From a virus (lineage: Duplodnaviria; Caudoviricetes): a DNA stretch of 64,000 bases. Positions 31,533 through 40,439 of this stretch are shown here, piece after piece. Below the pieces are notes generated by a model. It was not told the origin of the DNA, made no database searches, and saw only the letters and a list, made by a program, of their open reading frames with translations. Location: IMG/VR virus record IMGVR_UViG_3300011242_000003, positions 1 to 64,000 of that record; one strand, given 5' to 3'. The first letter of the stretch is position 1, and the number at the start of each line of letters is the position of its first letter. The translations under genes and the position numbers were made by a program.

Positions 31533-32604
31533 AGTTTTAATATCAGGTTTGGGTCAAGCAGGTGGAATATTAGCAAATGCCATGAAGATATTTAACCAAA
31601 GATATTCTAATATATTTGTAAATAGCTCATTAGGGGATAGTTTTGGATTAAAAACAGCCAATGATGATAACAGATTTACTTATAGTGGAGCAGATGGTTC
31701 TGGAAGTGATAGAAATAAAGGCGAAAGTTATATAGAAAGAGATAGAGTTAGACTAGCATCATTTCTTAAAAAATATTCTGACTTTGATTATTTATTAGTA
31801 TATTGGGGAATGGGCGGTGGAACTGGTTCAGGAACAGTTAAAGAATTTATATCTACTTTCAAAAAATTATTTCCAAAAATTAAAATTAATCTTATTGGGA
31901 TATTACCAAGCCTAAAAGAAGATAGTTTAAGATTAAGAAATGCTTTAGATTGTTGTGAGGATATAAGTAAAATATCCCATTTGGTAAATGATATCAAGTT
32001 CATAAACAACGATAAGGGTAGAAATTACGAGGATATAAACTTAAGAGCTATTAGAGATATAGATTTAGAATATGGTATGCTTGGACATAGTTTGATAGGT
32101 TCTATTGATGCTAATAACTTAGAAAACGTAGTTACATCTAATGGGTATGGAGTTATTTTAAATTTGCCTGATGGATATAATAGTATTGACGATGCTATAT
32201 CTCATGCTGAAGAAAATAGTGTTTTTGCAATACCAAACAATCTTGATTGTACTTATGGTGCTATTAATTTCAAAGAAAATGGATATGATGTTGATGATGT
32301 AACAGAGTTAATAACTTCTGATGAAACCATATATAAAACTTATAACAAAGATAAATATAATCTAATAGCATTGGGTGGATGCGAAATGCCATATAATGAA
32401 ATAGAGGATATAGAGGCTGAATTAAAAGAAAGAGAATTAAGAAAACCTAGAAATAGAAGAAATACAACATTCAATTTTAAATCAAGAAATCATAATCAGA
32501 AAAATAATGATAACAAAGAGCCCAAAGAAGAAGTTAACACTTCATTTATTGATGATGATGATATTGATGCGTTATTTAATCCTGATAATTTTAGATTTAA
32601 ATAG
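31519..32604 (+). CDS. tubZ: TubZ tubulin/FtsZ-like partition GTPase
   Basis: GLGQAGG, GSG and the GGGTGSG tubulin signature; tubR/tubY context. Confidence 0.9.
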   Translation: MEKSRVLISGLGQAGGILANAMKIFNQRYSNIFVNSSLGDSFGLKTANDDNRFTYSGADGSGSDRNKGESYIERDRVRLASFLKKYSDFDYLLVYWGMGGGTGSGTVKEFISTFKKLFPKIKINLIGILPSLKEDSLRLRNALDCCEDISKISHLVNDIKFINNDKGRNYEDINLRAIRDIDLEYGMLGHSLIGSIDANNLENVVTSNGYGVILNLPDGYNSIDDAISHAEENSVFAIPNNLDCTYGAINFKENGYDVDDVTELITSDETIYKTYNKDKYNLIALGGCEMPYNEIEDIEAELKERELRKPRNRRNTTFNFKSRNHNQKNNDNKEPKEEVNTSFIDDDDIDALFNPDNFRFK

Positions 32605-32607
32605 CTT

Positions 32608-32632
32608 TAAGGGTAGTTAATGCTACCCTTAT
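32608..32632. terminator. Hairpin between convergent tubZ and mrr
   Basis: AAGGGTAG-ttaatg-CTACCCTT. Confidence 0.6.
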
Positions 32633-32649
32633 TTTTATATATTTATATC

Positions 32650-33270
32650 TCACATATCATATCCTAAATATCCCAACACTTTATCCTTATCAACTCCTAA
32701 ACACATTCCAAGTATATCATCCATGTACCAATGTGATATATCTATATCTCTCTCATTTGCCCTCTGTAGCACTTTAAGAGCATCCTTAGTGTAATTGGAT
32801 GTAGTGATGAATAAAGCTTGTTTAACCCCACTTGACAAACATGCTCCTAGCAATTTATTAATTTGTTCAGAAGATATATTATTTCCCTTAGAATACCTTT
32901 TACATTCTACATAACACAATCCTTCACTAGTCCTTAATATAATATCTTTTCCAAAATCTCTAGTTGCAGGTGTCTTTGTTGCTTTAAACCCGTTAAATCT
33001 AAAAATATTAACCATAAATTCCTCAAATTCTTGTCCACTCATATTATATATAGCATATTCTACTATTGACTTATATTTATCATCATCTATTTTCTTTCTT
33101 TCTTTTTCAGGATATTCTTTTCTATATCTTATTCCATCAAAAATCATATAAATACTAGTAAAAACTAATATTCCTATTGCAATAGCAAATAGAATATTTA
33201 TATCCATATTGTATGCACCTCCTGTAAACCCAATAATACAAATTGATATACTATAATTTAGTATTAACAA
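32650..33270 (-). CDS. Membrane-anchored Mrr-like restriction endonuclease
   Basis: N-terminal TM helix; GQEFEEF, DFGKDII, VECKRY and ITTSNYT motifs. Confidence 0.85.
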   Translation of the reverse strand: MLILNYSISICIIGFTGGAYNMDINILFAIAIGILVFTSIYMIFDGIRYRKEYPEKERKKIDDDKYKSIVEYAIYNMSGQEFEEFMVNIFRFNGFKATKTPATRDFGKDIILRTSEGLCYVECKRYSKGNNISSEQINKLLGACLSSGVKQALFITTSNYTKDALKVLQRANERDIDISHWYMDDILGMCLGVDKDKVLGYLGYDM

Positions 33271-33368
33271 TAAAATTATTTTTATTCTTTTGAAATTTTA
33301 GTCACAAATATGTACATATCACATATACATATAGTATAAAGATTAACAAAAGAAAGGACGATGCACAA

Positions 33369-33905
33369 ATGATATGGGCGATTTTAGTTCCAATAGTAGT
33401 ATGTATTCTAATATCTTATTTTACCACATCAATACTCTATAAAATAGTATTTCTTGGGTTAGGTATATTTATAGCTATTACAGTAGGTTTAACTTATATA
33501 AATAATTTACTTAAAGATAGTATAAATAAATCCAAAGAAATAAATAGTAATGAAGGAGGGAATAATAGTAACAAAAAGAACATCAAGAATAATATCAAGA
33601 AAGTCCAACAATTTAAACCAAAGGTAATTAAAAATAAAGATTATGACAACTTAGTTAATACATTAAAATTTTGTATGAAAAATAAGATATTGAATAGGGA
33701 ACAAATATTGAATTTTAAATCAGAAGTAAACAATCACTTAGGCAAAAACAAAAATCACTACACTTTTAAATTTGATAATGATTTACATGAGATTTACTGC
33801 AAAATAAAGCATAAATCATTAAAGAGTAAAGATTATCAAGAATTATTACAAGTTTTAAATACTTACAATAACAAAGGAGAAACACCATATGATAAATGTA
33901 GATGA
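33369..33905 (+). CDS. Membrane protein with two N-terminal TM helices
   Basis: Hydrophobic N-terminus; AAGGA RBS. Confidence 0.65.
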   Translation: MIWAILVPIVVCILISYFTTSILYKIVFLGLGIFIAITVGLTYINNLLKDSINKSKEINSNEGGNNSNKKNIKNNIKKVQQFKPKVIKNKDYDNLVNTLKFCMKNKILNREQILNFKSEVNNHLGKNKNHYTFKFDNDLHEIYCKIKHKSLKSKDYQELLQVLNTYNNKGETPYDKCR

Positions 33906-34266
33906 TTACCAAAAATCATTATGCTCAGAAATATTTAATTCAAAGTTTATTCAAAAATATATATCTAAGTACTGCAAAAATTGCGTATATGGGTACTTGG
34001 GTCATGAAAGTAGAACACACGAAACTGATTTAATTTTGAATAATATATATTATTCATTGATATTAGATTCAAAACAATTTAAATTTAAAAAACGTCATTT
34101 TATAAAATGGATATGTTCAAAATATGCTCGAAAGTTTATGAATATATGCGACTATTGCGAGGATTTTGAATGTAGTATTATAAGTGAAATTAATCTATTT
34201 GCCCATTATGAGAACAAAATAAAAATTAATTTAACTAAACTAAGGAGGAATTCAAAATGGAATTAA
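33889..34266 (+). CDS. Hypothetical protein
   Basis: Coupled ORF with AAGGAG RBS. Confidence 0.6.
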   Translation: MINVDDYQKSLCSEIFNSKFIQKYISKYCKNCVYGYLGHESRTHETDLILNNIYYSLILDSKQFKFKKRHFIKWICSKYARKFMNICDYCEDFECSIISEINLFAHYENKIKINLTKLRRNSKWN

Positions 34267-34469
34267 CAACAGGAAGTATATTAACAAACAGAAAGGTGCT
34301 AATCAATCATAAGGAATTTAGAAAAACCTTCATGAATAGATTAGCACATTCTCAAGAGTGTATAATTGAAACTATGGATACTCTAAGAGAAACTGTTGCA
34401 AGGTTAGTTTGTAATGCTTTATACTACATATTATTTTTTATGATAGTGTTAATGGCATATGGATATTAA
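34257..34469 (+). CDS. Small protein with C-terminal TM helix
   Basis: AAGGAGG RBS; hydrophobic tail. Confidence 0.6.
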   Translation: MELTTGSILTNRKVLINHKEFRKTFMNRLAHSQECIIETMDTLRETVARLVCNALYYILFFMIVLMAYGY

Positions 34470-34755
34470 CTTTGTATAATAGTTGATAAACAGAAGATTA
34501 AATATAAAGTATAAAGTACCTCCAACATAAGCGAAATTTTCTTTATATCAATTTAAAGGCGAAATGTCCATTGGACTTTACCTAGTAGCCCGTAGTGGTT
34601 GCATTTTGGTACGCCTGAATAGGAGATAACTCATTTTTATAAATTAAACCACCATATTTAATTTTTGAGTCTTATCTCCATCCCTCTACATATATCTTAA
34701 CCAAGTAATATTTAAATTATACAGTTGAGATAATTATTTTTATGGAGGATTTTTA

Positions 34756-36126
34756 ATGATAACAGAATTTTTATTGGCAGGAGCATTACAATTTGGATAT
34801 GTAAAAATAAACAAGATGATAAAGGAATTAAAATATAAAGAAGATTATAAGGCGTTTAATAGCTTATGTACAAAATATGATTTACCATACAAAATCATAG
34901 AAGCATCCCAAGAAGATTATGGAACAAAATTAGTTGTAAGCCTAAAAGGTGGTACTTTTACAAGCTTAGAAAAACATAGTGATGAATTACAAATAAATAC
35001 AGAATCTAAGATTGAGATTATACAAAATGAAAATATAAAAACTGCAACCATTTATATTCTTAAAAATAAACTCAATGATATAGATAATAAGTTTGAACCT
35101 GTGCTAGTTAAACCTAGTGAGGTTTATATAGGATTAGATAATAAATTTAATCACATGATAATTGATTTAAATGATTTTCCTCATTTGATTTGTAGTGGTT
35201 CAACAGGAGTAGGAAAGTCTGAAGAATTAAAACTTATATTGGCAAACTCTATAAAATCTAACAAAGACAATAATTTAAATATACACATATGCAATGTTGG
35301 ACACACTGGCGACTTTGATGATTTTATAAATTGTAAACAAGTTAAAAGTTTTTCACAAGAATATAAAGAAATACAGAAACAATTTGAATATATAATACAC
35401 ACTTATGATAATAGAATAGAAACTTTTAGAAGATATGGTGTGAAGAATATAAAACAATTTAATAAAAAATTTAAAAATAGTCCAAAGAAAATGCCAATAG
35501 TATTTTTAGTAATTGATGAAATAGCATCTTTATATCCAAACGGAGAATTTGACAAAGAGGTAGCTATAAAATCCGAATTATTCAATAATTTATGTGATAT
35601 GGGAAGACGTGTCCGTAAGGCAGGAATTTTCCTATTAGTTGGAATACAAAGACCGAGCAGACAAGTATTTAACCCTGAACTTAAACAAAATCTTAATATT
35701 AAATTAGGATTTAATCAAAATAACACAGCATCAAGTTTGGTTGCCATGGATAATGAAAAAGTTGCTAAAATAGGAAGACGTAATTTCTTAGTTGAATATG
35801 GATGTGAAGAACATTGGGCAAGAAGTTTATATATTGATGACAATATAATAAAAGAAACTATAAAAGATAGTGTAGTTAAGAATAGACAAACTTTAGATGA
35901 TTTCAATAGTTTCTTAAAAAATGAGAAATCTGAAAAACCAAAGAATAATAAATCAAAAAATAAAGCAATTCCAAGCAAGAAAACCAAAATAATAAATCTA
36001 TCAGATGAGGTTGCAACAAGTAAAATTAGTAAAGTTAAAAATGTAGAAACTATCAACAATGTTACTTATGAAGTTGATAATGGTAAAATATGTTTAAGAA
36101 TTAAAGAAAAAGTAAAGGAGGCTTAA
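34756..36126 (+). CDS. FtsK/SpoIIIE-family ATPase
   Basis: PHLICSGSTGVGKS Walker A, LVIDE Walker B, RKAGIFLLVGIQRP. Confidence 0.9.
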   Translation: MITEFLLAGALQFGYVKINKMIKELKYKEDYKAFNSLCTKYDLPYKIIEASQEDYGTKLVVSLKGGTFTSLEKHSDELQINTESKIEIIQNENIKTATIYILKNKLNDIDNKFEPVLVKPSEVYIGLDNKFNHMIIDLNDFPHLICSGSTGVGKSEELKLILANSIKSNKDNNLNIHICNVGHTGDFDDFINCKQVKSFSQEYKEIQKQFEYIIHTYDNRIETFRRYGVKNIKQFNKKFKNSPKKMPIVFLVIDEIASLYPNGEFDKEVAIKSELFNNLCDMGRRVRKAGIFLLVGIQRPSRQVFNPELKQNLNIKLGFNQNNTASSLVAMDNEKVAKIGRRNFLVEYGCEEHWARSLYIDDNIIKETIKDSVVKNRQTLDDFNSFLKNEKSEKPKNNKSKNKAIPSKKTKIINLSDEVATSKISKVKNVETINNVTYEVDNGKICLRIKEKVKEA

Positions 36127-36130
36127 TATT

Positions 36131-36313
36131 ATGTTTAATTTAGATTTAGCTATATTATCTGCTATAAATAATACGATAACTTATTGGTCTAGTATGTCAG
36201 GAATATTTAGTTTTATAAAATCTATAGCAATCATATCAATTGCCTCTGAAGGACTTCATCAAATGATAAAAATTAAGCGTGGTGATAAAAATGTATCTAA
36301 TGCAAAGAGATAA
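36131..36313 (+). CDS. Small hydrophobic protein
   Basis: AAGGAGG RBS; lies between FtsK and the relaxase-like gene. Confidence 0.5.
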   Translation: MFNLDLAILSAINNTITYWSSMSGIFSFIKSIAIISIASEGLHQMIKIKRGDKNVSNAKR

Positions 36314-36896
36314 AGATATATTAAAATTTATAGAAAAGTATGGCAGTATAAACAAAATTATATGTGGTAATTTATATTTCAGTAAAAATAAAGATAGATA
36401 TTATTCAGCAAGTAGAAGATTAAAAATACTTTATAGAAATAAATTTCTCAAGAAGTATAAAAAAGATATGTATGAAGATATAATATATTATAGAGATAAG
36501 AAACCTTTAAAAGCTCATGATATTAAATTATTAGAAGTATACAGTTATCTTCATACATTGGGTAATATAAAACTATTTGAAAGAGAAAATGTAGTACAGT
36601 GTGGCAATAAGAAACGTAAAAACGATGGTTTAATTGAAATAGCAATACGAAAGGGGAGATATGAGTATACTTACCCTTTAATAATTGAAATTGATATGAC
36701 ACATGATACTAATTTTGATAAAATAAATGATATTTATAATAGCGGTCAATATCAAGATAAATATGATATTATGCCTATGATGTTAATTGTAAAAAGAGAT
36801 GATTTTCAAAAAAAGATATATCATGATAATGTTAATATAAAATACCTGCCTTGGAAGTTAAATGGGATAGAAGATATATTTATTGATGACGAATAA
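36279..36896 (+). CDS. Replication-relaxation family protein (wHTH plus PD-(D/E)XK)
   Basis: RDKDILKFI, RRLKIL, AHD, DGLI and IIEID motifs; usual partner of FtsK. Confidence 0.7.
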   Translation: MVIKMYLMQRDKDILKFIEKYGSINKIICGNLYFSKNKDRYYSASRRLKILYRNKFLKKYKKDMYEDIIYYRDKKPLKAHDIKLLEVYSYLHTLGNIKLFERENVVQCGNKKRKNDGLIEIAIRKGRYEYTYPLIIEIDMTHDTNFDKINDIYNSGQYQDKYDIMPMMLIVKRDDFQKKIYHDNVNIKYLPWKLNGIEDIFIDDE

Positions 36897-37173
36897 TGAA
36901 AACTTAATATTATCCTAATAGAGTAAGTTGTTTATAGCAATTTACTCTATTTTTTTATATTTTAAATTTGTACATCTCATTTGTACAAACATTATTGTAC
37001 AAATTAAGGCTTGAACATATTGAGGATAGGTCATTAATTTAAAGCGATTAGTAATGGAAAGGTGGGCGAGAGTGGGAGCAATAGAATAATTAGTTGAAAA
37101 TCACTTAGGCAAAAACAGCCTGTACAATGTTTATTGTTTATCAATATGTTCAACTTCAACGTCAAATGTAAGA

Positions 37174-37327
37174 AAACCATACCTAGAATTATTAAAAATC
37201 AAAACTGTAGGTATGAAAACCTTACATTTGACATTTACCTAGTGATACAAAACCATACCTAAAATGGTGCTAAACAATAAAGAATAATATAACAATAAAG
37301 AATCTATTAATAATAAAGAATCTTTCT
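37174..37327. repeat. Short repeats downstream of the HTH replication-like gene
   Basis: AAAACCATACCTA twice plus an inverted partial copy; AA(C/T)AATAAAGAAT three times at 18-bp spacing. Confidence 0.55.
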
Positions 37328-37350
37328 ATGCCTATAAATAGTCATAGAAT

Positions 37351-38211
37351 TTATAGCTTATCATACTCTTGTTTTAGTTGTCTTAGTTCCTCTCTTTCTT
37401 TATCAGTTATTTTATTTTCTTCTTCTTTCTTTTTTAATATATTTATTTTCTGCTTTAGTGATATTTTCTTTTTTACCTTATCTCTTGCTATAGGAGTTGA
37501 TTCTGTTATATTTTTCTCTTTTCTAATTTTTATCAATCTTCCTTCTAGTAGTTTTCTATCTTTGTATCTTGAAAAATATGTTGTTTCATTTTTTACTTTA
37601 TTGTCATTATATCCATATCCTGCATAGTCATGTTTTATTATTTCTATTTCATCTAACACTTTTAAGTATTTTAGGATTGTTGTTTCTGATAGCTGTAATT
37701 CTCTTGTCAATGTCTTTATTGCCATATAGCATAATTTATAATTTTCATCTTTTTCATTATTGTTAATACTTGCCATTATATATGCATATAGATTTATCAT
37801 TCCATATGTATCTACTTTATTATTGTTACAATATGTCATAATGGCTCTAATATCATCATCATAGACTATTGCGTACTCTGTAGGTACTAAATCATCTGTA
37901 GTATATATCAAATCATTTCTGCCTATATCTGTGGCTTGTACTCTATTAGAATCTTCTTCAACAGTATCATTATAATATTTTAATATATTATCTTGTTCAA
38001 GGTATATTAAAATATCTTTTATATTATTTATCTTTCTTGTGGAATTATTTGTTTGTCCTAATTTATTAGCTATCCATTGCAGAGTAAATATACATTGGTT
38101 CTTAACTGTTTTGTTCTGTGATAGCAATATCCATATTGTTAATTCCTTAGAAGTTAATTGTAAATCTCCTTTTATATATTCATTATTTATTATAGTAAAT
38201 TGTTGCTCCAT
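37351..38211 (-). CDS. Putative phage replication/HTH protein
   Basis: QFTIINN start, two wHTH-like segments (CYMAIKTLTRELQLSETTILKYLKVL); adjacent short repeats. Confidence 0.5.
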   Translation of the reverse strand: MEQQFTIINNEYIKGDLQLTSKELTIWILLSQNKTVKNQCIFTLQWIANKLGQTNNSTRKINNIKDILIYLEQDNILKYYNDTVEEDSNRVQATDIGRNDLIYTTDDLVPTEYAIVYDDDIRAIMTYCNNNKVDTYGMINLYAYIMASINNNEKDENYKLCYMAIKTLTRELQLSETTILKYLKVLDEIEIIKHDYAGYGYNDNKVKNETTYFSRYKDRKLLEGRLIKIRKEKNITESTPIARDKVKKKISLKQKINILKKKEEENKITDKEREELRQLKQEYDKL

Positions 38212-38747
38212 GAATTTATTCCTTTCTGAATTGTTATATTTTAATTATATTTTTAATATTTTATTTTACTTAATTTAAGTTTATATGTTTTGTGAATATT
38301 TGTCAATGGATATTTAAATTTTATTTGCTATTGGTTTGTTTTAGATTATTTTGGAGTGTGAGTATAATATATAATGTTATATGGCTCAAATATCAATTCT
38401 AAGAGGTTTTATGAATTTGCAATACAATTTATCCTTGTGTAGATTTAAATTAGTTATGGATTGAATTAGAGTAGTTTTATATAGGGTATATGGTTATATA
38501 TAATAATAAATAAAAAAGAGTAGAACATTAAATTAATTCTACTCTTTTAATATGTTTAAATTTTATATTATTAACACCATTTATTGTACCATGCTGAGTT
38601 AAATTTACGTGCTTTTTCAAATTGATATTGCCTAATATCATAATCTTTATTCTGCTTTCTTTTTTGTAACATTTTATATGTGTATTCTGCTTTTTGTTTA
38701 TTGGTAAGTATTTGAGGTTTATATGTATTTACATCATCAGATGACTT

Positions 38748-39254
38748 TCAATTATTATGTTTTAAATCTGCTCTTTTTCTTAATTTTTCATGATTAGGAT
38801 ACCATGAATCTATGCCTTTCATTGCTACGTCATAATTTCTTTTTCTAGTTGTTGATATTTTTGCACCCATACCATATCCATTTTTAAGAAATTTATATAA
38901 ATCTAATATGTATACTCTAAAATACTTATTTACAGACTCCTCATCGTAGTCTAATATATGAGATACTCTATTTTTACAAGCCTGATTGAGTTGTTGTCTT
39001 TGTTCGTCTGTAATTTCTTCATTAAGTTCTAAATTGTCAAGTCTTCCAGAAATACTTGATACAGTGCCGTCTAGTCCACTGAGTTGTTTAGCTAGTCCAC
39101 CTATTAAACTACCTTGTTGATTTATTTTAGCCATCATAACCTCTATGTTTTGGGCGTTGCTATTAGCAATTTGAATAGCATTATTAGAAAGTTGAATACC
39201 GCTCCCTATAACTTGTTGTATTTGTTCCATTGTCATTATTTGTTGATTTTCCAT
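38748..39254 (-). CDS. Coiled-coil protein with ORF6C-like C-terminus
   Basis: IT.EQ.QQL...RV...LYKFLK....G......RKRNYD.A...I..W.P pattern. Confidence 0.5.
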   Translation of the reverse strand: MENQQIMTMEQIQQVIGSGIQLSNNAIQIANSNAQNIEVMMAKINQQGSLIGGLAKQLSGLDGTVSSISGRLDNLELNEEITDEQRQQLNQACKNRVSHILDYDEESVNKYFRVYILDLYKFLKNGYGMGAKISTTRKRNYDVAMKGIDSWYPNHEKLRKRADLKHNN

Positions 39255-39287
39255 TTTTATTCTCTCCTTTAATTTTAATATTTTATT

Positions 39288-40439
39288 TTATATATATTTT
39301 TTCATATTCATTTTTACGGCTGTTGCCCAATCTTCAATCAATTGTACTGCTTTTATATATGAATCTTTTTCATATTTTGGTAATTCATTTATATGCTCTG
39401 ACAACCAAGCCAATCCTGCTACGCTTTCAAAAAAAGTTTCTACTTTTGCACAAAACATTAAAGCGTTATCTTGTAATTTTTTTGCATATTTTTCTGTTTC
39501 TGATGTGTTTTTAATAGATTTAAGTTCTTCTTCAAGTGATTGTAATTTATTTAGTTTAATGTCATAATCTCTTTTTAAATTGTTGTAATATGTATCTTTG
39601 TTTTTGATTTCATTTTTTAAATTATTATAATCATTAGGTATAATTTCTTTTTCAACTTCTATAATAGGTCTATTTTCAAGTTCTCTTTTAAGATTATTTA
39701 TTTCATCTTGTAGTTTAGTTTGTTTGCTAATTTCATTTACTAATTTAATATTTTTATCTTCTAATTGTTTCTTCTCATTAATCAACTCTTCTGTAGCCTT
39801 TTGTGTAAGGGTTTTAATCTTATCACGACCTATTTCATTAAAGAACTTTTCTTGTTCTTCTTGTGGCATTTTAGCCCATATTTTATATCCCACAGTTGCT
39901 TTCATAGAGCCTGATTCAATTAGTGATTGAAGTTCAGGGATAAGGTCATTAAGTTTTTTGTAGTTTAAATATGTACTTCTATCCATTTCCATATCACTCG
40001 CTATAGTTGTTTGAGTTTTTCCAATTGTAGAATTATTCAACAATTGGGGATTTCCTCTCTGAATTCCATAAATTCTCTCCAATTCATTTATACATTTTGC
40101 CATTTTCATAGGATTTACATTGCCAACACCTCTTTGCATAATGTTTGTACATATTAAGTCTTCTAGTATCATGTCATCTTTTGGTGTACCTGTGTTGTCA
40201 TCAAAATCTTTATAGTGTGTTACTCTACAAGGTACTTCTAATATACCAAGTTCTTTACAAGCTCTAACTCTTTGATGTCCACTTACTATTATTAAATCTT
40301 GTGTAACAACTACACCTTCCACTACTCCTCTCCTTATTATTGATTTTTTAAAATCTTCCCATTTATCTCCAACTATATTGTCAAAGAACTCATTATTTCT
40401 TGGATGATTTTTTAATGTTGAAATTTCAATCATTTGCAT
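39288..40439 (-). CDS. ParB/Srx N-terminal domain protein with HTH and coiled coil
   Basis: LKNHPRN, IIVSGHQRVRACKELG and TNIMQR motifs. Confidence 0.85.
   Translation of the reverse strand: MQMIEISTLKNHPRNNEFFDNIVGDKWEDFKKSIIRRGVVEGVVVTQDLIIVSGHQRVRACKELGILEVPCRVTHYKDFDDNTGTPKDDMILEDLICTNIMQRGVGNVNPMKMAKCINELERIYGIQRGNPQLLNNSTIGKTQTTIASDMEMDRSTYLNYKKLNDLIPELQSLIESGSMKATVGYKIWAKMPQEEQEKFFNEIGRDKIKTLTQKATEELINEKKQLEDKNIKLVNEISKQTKLQDEINNLKRELENRPIIEVEKEIIPNDYNNLKNEIKNKDTYYNNLKRDYDIKLNKLQSLEEELKSIKNTSETEKYAKKLQDNALMFCAKVETFFESVAGLAWLSEHINELPKYEKDSYIKAVQLIEDWATAVKMNMKKYI

Noticed and set aside
31519-32604. Cell-division FtsZ
   Set aside because: The sequence is divergent and flanked by tubR- and tubY-like genes, so it is a partition TubZ.
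38571-38747. 58 open codons in frame after the TGA of ORF 38748-39254
   Set aside because: The flanking codons (AAT/AAG) do not match, the upstream domain looks complete, and no motif is restored. Readthrough is unsupported.
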